From Bugula neritina (taxonomy: Eukaryota > Animalia > Bryozoa), in assembly GCA_964035545.1 (NCBI GenBank), contig CAXIUT010000183.1:1736001-1800000 (forward strand): 64,000 nucleotides of DNA. The letters run 5' to 3'. Of this stretch, positions 29,534 through 46,000 are shown piece after piece. The notes under the pieces were generated by a model that had not been told where the DNA came from, searched no databases, and was given only the letters and a program-made list of their open reading frames with translations. Every line of letters starts with the position of its first letter. The first letter of the stretch is position 1. The position numbers and the translations under genes were made by a program.

Positions 29534-32500
29534 AACACACTGAAACACACCGCAAAAAACTACAACATACTGAAATACACTGTAACATATTGAAGTACAC
29601 TGCAACACATTTAAATATTTTGCAACATACCAAAATATATGGTAAACAACTGAAATATACTTTAACACATTGAAAAATACTGCAACATACTGAAATATAC
29701 TGCGACACATTGCAATATACTGTAACATAACGAAATATGCTCTAGCACACTGAAATACACTGCAACTCACTGAAATATACTGCAACATACTGAAATACAC
29801 TGTGACATACTGAAATATACTGCAACATACTGAAATACACTGCTACATACCGAAATATACTGCAACATACTGCAACATACTGAAATACACTGCAGCATAC
29901 TACAACATACTGGAATACACTGCAACACATTGAAATATACTGCAACATACCTAAATATACGGTAATATACCGAAATATACTGTAACGCATTGCAAAATAC
30001 TGCAACAAACTGAAATACACTGCGACACACTGAAATACGCTGCAAAATACTACAACACACTGAAATAAACTGTAACATATTGAAATACACTGCAACACAT
30101 TGAAAAATACTGCAACATACTGAAATATACTGCGACACCTAGCAATATACTGTAACATACTGAAATATGCTCTAGCACACTGAAATACAATGCAACTCAC
30201 TGAAATATACTGCAACATACTGAAATACACTGCAACACATTGAAATATACTGCAACATACCTAAATATATGGTAAACTACTGCAACACACTACAACATAT
30301 TGAAATACACTGCAACACATTGAAATATACTGCAACATACCTAAATATACGGTAATATACTGAAATATACTGTAACACACCGAAATATACTGCAACATAC
30401 TGAAATACACTGTAACATACTGAAATATACTGCAACATACTGAAATACACTGCTACATACTGAAATACACTGCAACATACTGCAACATACTGAAATACAC
30501 TGTAACATACTGAAATAAACTGCAACATACTACAACATATTGAAATACACTGCAACACATTGAAATATACTGCAACATACCTAAATATACGGTAATATAC
30601 TGAAATATACTGTAACACATTGAAAAAACTGCAACATACTGAAATACACTGCAACACACTGAAATACACCGCAAAATACTACAACATACTGAAATACACT
30701 GTAACATATTGAAATCCAGTGCAACACATTGATATATACTGCAACATACCGAAATATATGGTAAACTAATGAAATATACTGTAACACATTGAAAAATACC
30801 GCAACATACTGAAATATACTGCGACACATTGCAATATACTGTAACATACTGAAATATGCTGTAGCACACTGAAATACACTGCAACACCCTACAACATACT
30901 GAAATACACTGTAACATATTGAAATACACCGCAAGAAATTGAAATAGACTGCAACACAACAAAATATATGGTAAACTACTGAAATAGACTTTAACACTTT
31001 GAAAAATACTGCAACATACAGAAATATACTGTAACACACTGAAATATACTGCAACATACTGAAATACACTGTAACATACTGAAATATACTGCAACATACT
31101 GAAATACACTGCTACATACTGAAATATACTGCAACATACTGCAACATACTGCAACATACCGAAATACGCTGTAACATACTGAAATACACTGCAACATACT
31201 ACAACATATTGAAATACACTGCAACACATTGAAATGTACTGCAACATACCGAAATATACGGTAATATACTGAAATATACAGTAACACATTGAAAAATACT
31301 GCAACATACTGAAATACACTGCAACACACTGAAACACACCGCAAAAAACTACAACATACTGAAATACACTGTAACATATTGAAGTACACTGCAACACATT
31401 TAAATATACTGCAACATACCAAAATATATGGTAAACAACTGAAATATACTTTAACACATTGAAAAATACTGCAACATACTGAAATATACTGCGACACATT
31501 GCAATATACTGTAACATAACGAAATATGCTCTAGCACACTGAAATACACTGCAACTCACTGAAATATACTGCAACATACTGAAATACACTGTGACATACC
31601 GAAATATACTGCAACATACTGCAACATACTGAAATTCACTGCAGCATACTACAACATACTGAAATACACTGCAACACATTGAAATACACTGCAACTTACC
31701 GAATATATGGTAAACTACTGAAATATACTGTAACGCATTGAAAAGTACTGCAACATACTGAAATATATTGCGACACATTGCAATAAACTGTAACATACCT
31801 AAATATACGGTAATATACTGAAATTCACTGTAACGCATTGCAAAATACTGCAACATACTGAAATTCACTGCGACACACTGAAATACGCTGCAAAATACTA
31901 CAACATACTGAAATAAACTGTAACATATTGAAATACACTGCAACACATTGAAAAATACTGCAACATACTGAAATATACTGTAACACACTGAAATATACTG
32001 CAACATACTGAAATACACTGTAACATACTGAAATATACTGCAACATACTGAAATACACTGCTACATACTGAAATATACTGCAACATATTGCAACATACTG
32101 CAATACACTGTAACATACTGAAATACACTGCAACATACTACAACATATTGAAATACACTGCAACACATTGAAATACACTGCAACTTACCGAATATATGGT
32201 AAACTACTGAAATATACTGTAACGCATTGAAAAGTACTGCAACATACTGAAATATATTGCGACACATTGCAATAAACTGTAACATACTGAAAAATGCTCT
32301 AGCACACTGAAATACACTGCCATTCACTGAAATATACTGCAACATACTGAAATACACCGCAACATCATACAACATACTGAAATACACTGTAACATAACGA
32401 AACATATGGTAAACTACTGAAATATATTTTAACACATTGAAAAATACTGCAACATACTGAAATGTATTTTAACACATTGAAAAATACTGCAACATACTGA

Positions 32501-33156
32501 AATATACTGCGACACATTGCAATATACTGTAACATAACGAAATATGCTCTAGCACACTGAAATACACTGCAACTCACTGAAATATACTGCAACATACTGA
32601 AATACACTGTGACATACTGAAATATACTGCAACATACTGAAATACACTGCTACATACTGAAATATACTGCAACATACTGCAACATACTGAAATACACTGC
32701 AGCATACTACAACATACTGGAATACACTGCAACACATTGAAATATACTGCAACATACCTAAATATACGGTAATATACCAAAATATACTGTAACGCATTGC
32801 AAAATACTGCAACAAACTGAAATACACTGCGACACACTGAAATACGCTGCAAAATACTACAACACACTGAAATAAACTGTAACATATTGAAATACACTGC
32901 AACACATTGAAAAATACTGCAACATACTGAAATATACTGTAACGCACTGAAATATACTGCAACATACTGAAATACACTGTAACATACTGAAATATACTGC
33001 AACATACTGAAATACACTGCTACATACTGAAATATACTGCAACATAGTGCAACATACTGCAATACACTGTAACATACTGAAATACACTGCAACATACTAC
33101 AACATGTTGAAATACACTGCAAAACATTGAAATACACTGCAACTTACCGAATATAT

Positions 33157-34166
33157 GGTAAACTACTGAAATATACTGTAACGCATTGAAAAGTACTGCA
33201 ACATACTGAAATACATTGCGACACATTGCAATAAACTGTAACATACTGAAAAATGCTGTAGCACACTGAAATACACTGCCATTCACTGAAATATACTGCA
33301 ACATAATGAAATACACCGCAACATCCTACAACATACTGAAATACACTGTAACATATTGAAATACACTGCAACACATTGAAATATACTGCAACATAACGAA
33401 ATATATGGTAAACTACTGAAATATATTTTAACACATTGAAAAATACTGCAACATACTGAAATATATTTCAACACATTGAAAAATACTGCAACATACTGAA
33501 ATATACCGTAACACACTGAAATACACTGCAACTCACTGAAATAGACTGCAATATACTGAAATACACTGCAACATCCTACAAAATGCTGAAATACACTGTA
33601 ACATATTGAAATACACTGCAACACATTGAAATATACTGCAACATACCGAAATATATGGTAAACTACTGAAATATACTGTGACACATTGAAAAAAACTGCA
33701 ACATACTGAAATATACTGCGACACCTAGCAATATACTGTAACATACTGAAATATGCTCTAGCACACTGAAATACAATGCAACTCACTGAAATATACTGCA
33801 ACATACTGAAATACACAGCAACATCCTACAACATGCTGAAATACACTGTAACATATTGAAATACACTGCAACACATTGAAATATACTGCAACATACCGAA
33901 ATATATGGTAAACTACTGAAATATACTGTAACACACTGAAAAATACTGCAACGTACTGAAATATACTGCGACACCTAGCAATATACTGTAACATACTGAA
34001 ATATGCTCTAGCGCACTGAAATACAATGCAACTTACTGAAATATACTGCAACATACTGAAATACACTGCAACATCCTACAATATGCTGAAATACACTGTA
34101 ACATATTGAAATACACTGCAACACTTTGAAATATACTGCAACATACCGAAATATATGGTAAACTAC
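33157..34166 (+). repeat. 250-bp higher-order repeat run (paralog of 651-1660)
   Basis: GGTAAACTAC at 33157, 33407, 33657, 33907 and 34157. Confidence 0.9.
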
Positions 34167-34169
34167 TGC

Positions 34170-34810
34170 AACATACTACAACATATTGAAATACACTGCA
34201 ACACATTGAAATATACTGCAACATACCTAAATATACGGTAATATACTGAAATATACTGTAACACATTGAAAAATACTGCAACATACTGAAATATACTGTA
34301 ACACACCGAAATATACAGCAACATACTGAAATACACTGTAACATACTGAAATATACTGCAACATACTGAAACACACTGCTACATAATGAAATATACTGCA
34401 ATATACTGCAACATACTGAAATACACTGTAACATACTGAAATAAACTGCAACATACTACAACATATTGAAATACACTGCAACACATTGAAATATACTGCA
34501 ACATACCTAAATATACGGTAATATACTGAAATATACTGTAACACATTGAAAAATACTGCAACATACTGAAATATACTGTAACACACCGAAATATACAGCA
34601 ACATACTGAAATACACTGTAACATACTGAAATATACTGCAACATACTGAAACACACTGCTACATAATGAAATATACTGCAATATACTGCAACATACTGAA
34701 ATACACTGTAACATACTGAAATAAACTGCAACATACTACAACATATTGAAATACACTGCAACACATTGAAATATACTGCAACATACCTAAATATACGGTA
34801 ATATACTGAA
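34170..34810 (+). repeat. 280-bp tandem duplication
   Basis: GCTACATAATGAA variant at 34378 and 34658. ORF pairs 34227/34507 and 34379/34659. Confidence 0.88.
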
Positions 34811-37800
34811 ATTCACTGTAACGCATTGCAAAATACTGCAACATACTGAAATTCACTGCGACACACTGAAATACGCTGCAAAATACTACAACATACTGAA
34901 ATAAACTGTAACATTTTGAAATACACTGCAACACATTGAAAAATACTGCAACATACTGAAATATACTGTAACACACTGAAATATACTGCAACATACTGAA
35001 ATACACTGTAACATACTGAAATATACTGCAACATACTGAAATACACTGCTACATACTGAAATATACTGCAACATACTGCAACATACTGCAATACACTGTG
35101 ACATACTGAAATACACTGCAACATACTACAACATATTGAAATACACTGCAACACATTGAAATACACTGCAACTTACCGAATATATGGTAAACTACTGAAA
35201 TATACTGTAACGCATTGAAAAGTACTGCAACATACTGAAATATATTGCGACACATTGCAATAAACTGTAACATACTGAAAAATGCTGTAGCACACTGAAA
35301 TACACTGCCATTCACTGAAATATACTGCAACTTACTGAAATACACCGCAACATCATACAACATACTGAAATACACTGTAACATAACGAAACATATGGTAA
35401 ACTACTGAAATATATTTTAACACATTGAAAAATACTGCAACATACTGAAATGTATTTTAACACATTGAAAAATACTGCAACATACTGAAATATACTGTAA
35501 CACACTGAAGTACACTGCAACTCACTGAAATATACTGCAATATACTGAAATACACTGCAACATCCTACAAAATGCTGAAATACACTGTAACATATTGAAA
35601 TACACTGCAACACATTGAAATATACTGCAACATACCGAAATATATGGTAAACTACTGAAATATACTGTAACACATTGAAAAAAACTTCAACATACTTAAA
35701 TATACTGCGACACCTAGCAATATACTGCAACATACTAAAATACACTGTCACATACTGAAATATACTGCAACATACTGAAATACACTGCTACATACTGAAA
35801 TATACTGCAACATACTGCAACATACTGAAATACACTGTAACATACTGAAATAAACTGCAACATACTACAACATATTGAAATACACTGCAACACATTGAAA
35901 TATACTGCAACATACCTAAATATACGGTAATATACTGAAATATACTGTAACACATTGAAAAATACCGCAACATACTGAAATATACTGCGACACATTGCAA
36001 TATACCGTAACATACTGAAATATGCTGTAGCACACTGAAATACACTGCAACACCCTACAACATACTGAAATACACTGTAACATATTGAAATACACCGCAA
36101 GAAATTGAAATAGACTGCAACACAACAAGATATATGGTAAACTACTGAAATAGATTTTAACACATTGAAAAATACTGCAACATACAGAAATATACTGTAA
36201 CACACTGAAATATACTGCAACATACTGAAATACACTGTAACATACTGAAATATACTACAACATACTGAAATACACTGCTACATACTGAAATATACTGCAA
36301 CATACTGCAACATACTGCAACATACTGAAATACGCTGTAACATACTGAAATACACTGCAACATACTACAACATATTGAAATACACTGCAACACATTGAAA
36401 TGTACTGCAACATACCGAAATATACGGTAATATACTGAAATACACAGTAACACAATGAAAAATACTGCAACATACCGAAAAACACTGCAACACACTGAAA
36501 CACACCGCAAAAAACTACAACATACTGAAATACACTGTAACATATTGAAGTACACTGCAACACATTTAAATATACTGCAACATACCAAAATATATGGTAA
36601 ACAACTGAAACATACTTTAACACATTGAAAAATACTGCAACATACTGAAATATACTGCGACACATTGCAATATACTGTAACATAACGAAATATGCTCTAG
36701 CACACTGAAATACACTGCAACTCACTGAAATATACTGCAACATACTGAAATACACTGTGACATACTGAAATATACTGCAACATACTGAAATACACTGCTA
36801 CATACCGAAATATACTGCAACATACTGCAACATACTGAAATACACTGCAGCATACTACAACATACTGAAATACACTGCAACACATTGAATTATACTGCAA
36901 CATACCTAAATATACGGTAATATACTGAAATTCACTGTAACGCATTGCAAAATACTGCAACATACTGAAATTCACTGCGACACACTGAAATACGCTGCAA
37001 AATACTACAACATACTGAAATAAACTGTAACATATTGAAATACACTGCAACACATTGAAAAATACTGCAACATACTGAAATATACTGTAACACACTGAAA
37101 TATACTGCAACATACTGAAATACACTGTAACATACTGAAATATACTGCAACATACTGAAATACACTGCTACATACTGAAATATACTGCAACATACTGCAA
37201 CATACTGCAATACACTGTGACATACTGAAATACACTGCAACATACTACAACATATTGAAATACACTGCAACACATTGAAATACACTGCAACTTACCGAAT
37301 ATATGGTAAACTACTGAAATATACTGTAACGCATTGAAAAGTACTGCAACATACTGAAATATATTGCGACACATTGCAATAAACTGTAACATACTGAAAA
37401 ATGCTGTAGCACACTGAAATACACTGCCATTCACTGAAATATACTGCAACTTACTGAAATACACCGCAACATCATACAACATACTGAAATACACTGTAAC
37501 ATAACGAAACATATGGTAAACTACTGAAATATATTTTAACACATTGAAAAATACTGCAACATACTGAAATGTATTTTAACACATTGAAAAATACTGCAAC
37601 ATACTGAAATATACTGTAACACACTGAAGTACACTGCAACTCACTGAAATATACTGCAATATACTGAAATACACTGCAACATCCTACAAAATGCTGAAAT
37701 ACACTGTAACATATTGAAATACACTGCAACACATTGAAATATACTGCAACATACCGAAATATATGGTAAACTACTGAAATATACTGTAACACATTGAAAA

Positions 37801-37860
37801 AAACTTCAACATACTTAAATATACTGCGACACCTAGCAATATACTGCAACATACTGAAAT
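34780..37860 (+). repeat. Partial duplication at offset 2119 bp (ends approximate)
   Basis: ORF pairs 34813/36932, 35049/37168 and 35353/37472. The private variant AAAACTTCAACATACTTAAA occurs at ~35681 and ~37800. Confidence 0.85.
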
Positions 37861-40025
37861 ACACTGTAACATACTGAAATATACTGCAACATACTGAAAT
37901 ACACTGCTACATACTGAAATATACTGCAACATACTGCAACATACTGAAATACGCTGTAACATACTGAAATACACTGCAACATACTACAACATATTGAAAT
38001 ACACTGCAACACATTGAAATGTACTGCAACATACCAAAATATACGGTAATATACTGAAATACACAGTAACACAATGAAAAATACTGCAACATACCGAAAA
38101 ACACTGCAACACACTGAAACACACCGCAAAAAACTACAACATACTGAAATACACTGTAACATATTGAAGTACACTGCAACACATTTAAATATACTGCAAC
38201 ATACCAAAATATATGGTAAACAACTGAAACATACTTTAACACATTGAAAAATACTGCAACATACTGAAATATACTGCGACACATTGCAATATACTGTAAC
38301 ATAACGAAATATGCTCTAGCACACTGAAATACACTGCAACTCACTGAAATATACTGCAACATACTGAAATACACTGTGACATACTGAAATATACTGCAAC
38401 ATACTGAATTACACTGCTACATACCGAAATATACTGCAACATACTGCAACATACTGAAATACACTGCAGCATACTACAACATACTGAAATACACTGCAAC
38501 ACATTGAAATATACTGCAACATACCAAATATACGGTAATATACCGAAATATACTGTAACGCATTGCAAAATACTGCAACAAACTGAAATACACTGCGACA
38601 CACTGAAATACGCTGCAAAATACTACAACACACTGAAATAAACTGTAACATATTGAAATACACTGCAACACATTGAAAAATACTGCAACATACTGAAATA
38701 TACTGTAACACACTGAAATATACTGCAACATACTGAAATACACTGTAACATACTGAAATATACTGCAACATACTGAAATACACTGCTACATACTGAAATA
38801 TACTGCAACATACTGCAACATACTGCAATACACTGTAACATACTGAAATACACTGAAACATACTACAACATATTGAAATACACTGCAAAACATTGAAATA
38901 CACTGCAACTTACCGAATATATGGTAAACTACTGAAATATACTGTAACGCATTGAAAAGTACTGCAACATACTGAAATATATTGCGACACATTGCAATAA
39001 ACTGTAACATACTAAAAAATGCTGTAGCACACTGAAATACACTGCCATTCACTGAAATATACTGCAACATACTGAAATACACCGCAACATCCTACAACAT
39101 ACTGAAATACACTGTAACATATTGAAATACACTGCAACACATTGAAATATACTGCAACATAACGAAATATATGGTAAACTACTGAAATATTTTTTAACAC
39201 ATTGAAAAATACTGCAACATACTGAAATATATTTTAACACATTGAAAAATACTGCAACATACTGAAATATACCGTAACACACTGAAGTACACTGCAACTC
39301 ACTGAAATATACTGCAATATACTGAAATACACTGCAACATCCTACAAAATGCTGAAATACACTGTAACATATTGAAATACACTGCAACACATTGAAATAA
39401 ACTGCAACATACCGAAATATATGGTAAACTACTGAAATATACTGTGACACATTGAAAAAAACTGCAACATACTGAAATATACTGCGACACCTAGCAATAT
39501 ACTGTAACATACTGAAATATGCTCTAGCACACTGAAATACAATGCAACTCACTGAAATATACTGCAACATACTGAAATACACAGCAACATCCTACAACAT
39601 GCTGAAATACACTGTAACATATTGAAATACACTGCAACACATTGAAATATACTGCAACATACCGAAATATATGGTAAACTACTGAAATATACTGTAACAC
39701 ATTGAAAAATACTGCAACGTACTGAAATATACTGCGACACCTTGCAATATACTGTAACATACTGAAATATGCTCTAGCGCACTGAAATGCAATGCAACTT
39801 ACTGAAAAATACTGCAACATACTGAAATACACTGCAACATCCTACAATATGCTGAAATACACTGTAACATATTGAAATACACTGCAACACTTTGAAATAT
39901 ACTGCAACATACCGAAATATATGGTAAACTACTGCAACATACTACAACATATTGAAATACACTGCAACACATTGAAATATACTGCAACATACCTAAATAT
40001 ACGGTAATATACTGAAATATACTGT

Positions 40026-43000
40026 AACACATTGAAAAATACTGCAACATACTGAAATATACTGTAACACACCGAAATATACAGCAACATACTGAAATAC
40101 ACTGTAACATACTGAAATATACTGCAACATACTGAAACACACTGCTACATACTGAAATATACTGCAATATACTGCAACATACTGAAATACACTGTAACAT
40201 ACTGAAATAAACTGCAACATACTACAACATATTGAAATACACTGCAACACATTGAATTATACTGCAACATACCTAAATATACGGTAATATACTGAAATTC
40301 ACTGTAACGCATTGCAAAATACTGCAACATACTGAAATTCACTGCGACACACTGAAATACGCTGCAAAATACTACAACATACTGAAATAAACTGTAACAT
40401 ATTGAAATACACTGCAACACATTGAAAAATACTGCAACATACTGAAATATACTGTAACACACTGAAATATACTGCAACATACTGAAATACACTGTAACAT
40501 ACTGAAATATACTGCAACATACTGAAATACACTGCTACATACTGAAATATACTGCAACATACTGCAACATACTGCAATACACTGTAACATACTGAAATAC
40601 ACTGCAACATACTACAACATATTGAAATACACTGCAACACATTGAAATACACTGCAACTTACCGAATATATGGTAAACTACTGAAATATACTGTAACGCA
40701 TTGAAAAGTACTGCAACATACTGAAATATATTGCGACACATTGCAATAAACTGTAACATACTGAAAAATGCTGTAGCACACTGAAATACACTGCCATTCA
40801 TTGAAATATACTGCAACATACTGAAATACACCGCAACATCATACAATATACTGAAATACACTGTAACATAACGAAACATATGGTAAACTACTGAAATATA
40901 TTTTAACACATTGAAAAATACTGCAACATACTGAAATGTATTTTAACACACTGAAAAATACTGCAACATACTGAAATATACTGTAACACACTGAAGTACA
41001 CTGCAACTCACTGAAATATACTGCAATATACTGAAATACACTGCAACATCCTACAAAATGCTGAAATACACTGTAACATATTGAAATACACTGCAACACA
41101 TTGAAATATACTGCAACATACCGAAATATATGGTAAACTACTGAAATATACTGTAACACATTGAAAAAAACTGCAACATACTGAAATATACTGCGACACC
41201 TAGCAATATACTGCAACATACTGAAATACACTGTAACATACTGAAATATACTGCAACATACTGAAATACACTGCTACATACTGAAATATCCTGCAACATA
41301 CTGCAACATACTGAAATACACTGTAACATACTGAAATAAACTGCAACATACTACAACATATTGAAATACACTGCAACACATTGAAATATACTGCAACATA
41401 CCTAAATATACGGTAATATACTGAAATATACTGTAACACATTGAAAAATACCGCAACATACTGAAATATACTGCGACACATTGCAATATACTGTAACATA
41501 CTGAAGTATGCTGTAGCACACTGAAATACACTGCAACACCCTACAACATACTGAAATACACTGTAACATATTGAAATACACCGCAAGAAATTGAAATAGA
41601 CTGCAACACAACAAAATATATGGTAAACTACTGAAATAGACTTTAACACATTGAAAAATACTGCAACATACAGAAATATACTGTAACACACTGAAATATA
41701 CTGCAACATACTGAAATACACTGTAACATACTGAAATATACTGCAACATACTGAAATACACTGCTACATACTGAAATATACTGCAACATACTGCAACATA
41801 CTGCAACATACTGAAATACGCTGTAACATACTGAAATACACTGCAACATACTACAACATATTGAAATACACTGCAACACATTGAAATGTACTGCAACATA
41901 CCGAAATATACGGTAATATACTGAAATACACAGTAACACATTGAAAAATACTGCAACATACCGAAAAACACTGCAACACACTGAAACACACCGCAAAATA
42001 CTACAACACACTGAAATAAACTGTAACATATTGAAATACACTGCAACACATTGAAAAATACTGCAACATACTGAAATATACTGTAACACACTGAAATATA
42101 GTGCAACATACTGAAATACACTGTAACATACTGAAATATACTGCAACATACTGAAATACACTGCTACATACTGAAATATACTGCAACATACTGCAACATA
42201 CTGCAATACACTGTAACATACTGAAATACACTGAAACGTACTACAACATATTGAAATACACTGCAAAACATTGAAATACACTGCAACTTACCGAATATAT
42301 GGTAAACTACTGAAATATACTGTAACGCATTGAAAAGTACTGCAACATACTGAAAAATATTGCGACACATTGCAATAAACTGTAACATACTGAAAAATGC
42401 TGTAGCACACTGAAATACACTGCCATTCACTGAAATATACTGCAACATACTGAAATACACCGCAACATCCTACAACATACTGAAATACACTGTAACATAT
42501 TGAAATACACTGCAACACATTGAAATATACTGCAACATAACGAAATATATGGTAAACTACTGAAATATTTTTTAACACATTGAAAAATACTGCAACATAC
42601 TGAAATATATTTTAACACATTGAAAAAAACTGCAACATACTGAAATATACCGTAACACACTGAAGTACACTGCAACTCACTGAAATATACTGCAATATAC
42701 TGAAATACACTGCAACATCCTACAAAATGCTGAAATACACTGTAACATATTGAAATACACTGCAACACATTGAAATATACTGCAACATACCGAAATATAT
42801 GATAAACTACTGAAATATACTGTGACACATTGAAAAAAGCTGCAACATACTGAAATATACTGCGACACCTAGCAATATACTGTAACATACTGAAATATGC
42901 TCTAGCACACTGAAATACAATGCAACTCACTGAAATATACTGCAACATACTGAAATACACAGCAACATCCTACAACATGCTGAAGTACACTGTAACATAT

Positions 43001-46000
43001 TGAAATACACTGCAACACTTTGAAATATACTGCAACATACCGAAATAATTGGTAAACTACTGCAACACACTACAACATATTGAAATACACTGCAACACAT
43101 TGAAATATACTGCAACATACCTAAATATACGGTAATATACTGAAATATACTGTAACACACCGAAATATACTGCAACATACTGAAATACACTGTAACATAC
43201 TGAAATATACTGCAACATACTGAAATACACTGCTACATACTGAAATATACTGCAACATACTGCAACATACTGAAATACACTGTAACATACTGAAATAAAC
43301 TGCAACATACTACAACATATTGAAATACACTGCAACACATTGAAATATACTGCAACATACCTAAATATACGGTAATATACTGAAATATACTGTAACACAT
43401 TGAAAAAACTGCAACATACTGAAATACACTGCAACACACTGAAATACACCGCAAAATACTACAACATACTTAAATACACTGTAACATGTTGAAATCCAGT
43501 GCAACACATTGAAATATACTGCAACATACCGAAATATATGGTAAACTAATGAAATATACTGTAACACATTGAAAAATACCGCAACATACTGAAATATACT
43601 GCGACACATTGCAATATACTGTAACATAACGAAATATGCTCTAGCACACTGAAATACACTGCAACTCACTGAAATATACTGCAACATACTGAAATACACT
43701 GTGACATACTGAAATATACTGCAACATACTGAAATACACTGCTACATACCGAAATATACTGCAACATACTGCAACATACTGAAATACACTGCAGCATACT
43801 ACAACATACTGAAATACACTGCAACACATTGAAATATACTGCAACATACCAAATATACGGTAATATACCGAAATATACTGTAACGCATTGCAAAATACTG
43901 CAACAAACTGAAATACACTGCGACACACTGAAATACGCTGCAAAATACTACAACACACTGAAATAAACTGTAACATATTGAAATACACTGCAACACATTG
44001 AAAAATACTGCAACATACTGAAATATACTGTAACACACTGAAATATACTGCAACATACTGAAATACACTGTAACATACTGAAATATACTGCAACATACTG
44101 AAATACACTGCTACATACTGAAATATACTGCAACATACTGCAACATACTGCAATACACTGTAACATACTGAAATACACTGAAACATACTACAACATATTG
44201 AAATACACTGCAAAACATTGAAATACACTGCAACTTACCGAATATATGGTAAACTACTGAAATATACTGTAACGCATTGAAAAGTACTGCAACATACTGA
44301 AATATATTGCGACACATTGCAATAAACTGTAACATACTGAAAAATGCTGTAGCACACTGAAATACACTGCCATTCACTGAAATATACTGCAACATACTGA
44401 AATACACCGCAACATCCTACAACATACTGAAATACACTGTAACATATTGAAATACACTGCAACACATTGAAATATACTGCAACATAACGAAATATATGGT
44501 AAACTACTGAAATATTTTTTAACACATTGAAAAATACTGCAACATACTGAAATATATTTTAACACATTGAAAAAAACTGCAACATACTGAAATATACCGT
44601 AACACACTGAAGTACACTGCAACTCACTGAAATATACTGCAATATACTGAAATACACTGCAACATCCTACAAAATGCTGAAATACACTGTAACATATTGA
44701 AATACACTGCAACACATTGAAATATACTGCAACATACCGAAATATATGATAAACTACTGAAATATACTGTGACACATTGAAAAAAGCTGCAACATAGTGA
44801 AATATACTGCGACACCTAGCAATATACTGTAACATACTGAAATATGCTCTAGCACACTGAAATACAATGCAACTCACTGAAATATACTGCAACATACTGA
44901 AATACACAGCAACATCCTACAACATGCTGAAGTACACTGTAACATATTGAAATACACTGCAACACTTTGAAATATACTGCAACATACCGAAATATATGGC
45001 AAACTACTGCAACACACTACAACATATTGAAATACACTGCAACACATTGAAATATACTGCAACATACCTAAATATACGGTAATATACTGAAATATACTGT
45101 AACACACTGAAATATACTGCAACATACTGAAATACACTGTAACATACTGAAATATACTGCAACATACTGAAATACACTGCTACATACTGAAATATACTGC
45201 AACATACTGCAACATACTGAAATACACTGTAACATACTGAAATAAACTGCAACATACTACAACATATTGAAATACACTGCAACACATTGAAATATACTGC
45301 AACATACCTAAATATACGGTAATATACTGAAATATACTGTAACACATTGAAAAAACTGCAACATACTGAAATACACTGCAACACACTGAAATACACCGCA
45401 AAATACTACAACATACTTAAATACACTGTAACATATTGAAATCCAGTGCAACACATTGAAATATACTGCAACATACCGAAATATATGGTAAACTAATGAA
45501 ATATACTGTAACACATTGAAAAATACCGCAACATACTGAAATATACTGCGACACATTGCAATATACTGTAACATACTGAAATATGCTGTAGCACACTGAA
45601 ATACACTGCAACATCCTACAACATACTGAAATACACTGTAAAATATTGAAATACACTGCAAGAAATTGAAATAGACTGCAACACAACAAAATATATGGTA
45701 AACTACTGAAATAGACTTTAACACATTGAAAAATACTGCAACATACAGAAATATACTGTAACACACTGAAATATACTGCAACATACTGAAATACACTGTA
45801 ACATACTGAAATACACAGCAACATCCTACAACATGCTGAAATACACTGTAACATATTGAAATACACTGCAACACATTGAAATATACTGCAACATACCGAA
45901 ATGTATGGTAAACTACTGAAATATACTGTAACACATTGAAAAATACTGCAACGTGCTGAAATATACTGCGACACCTAGCAATATACTGTAACATACTGAA

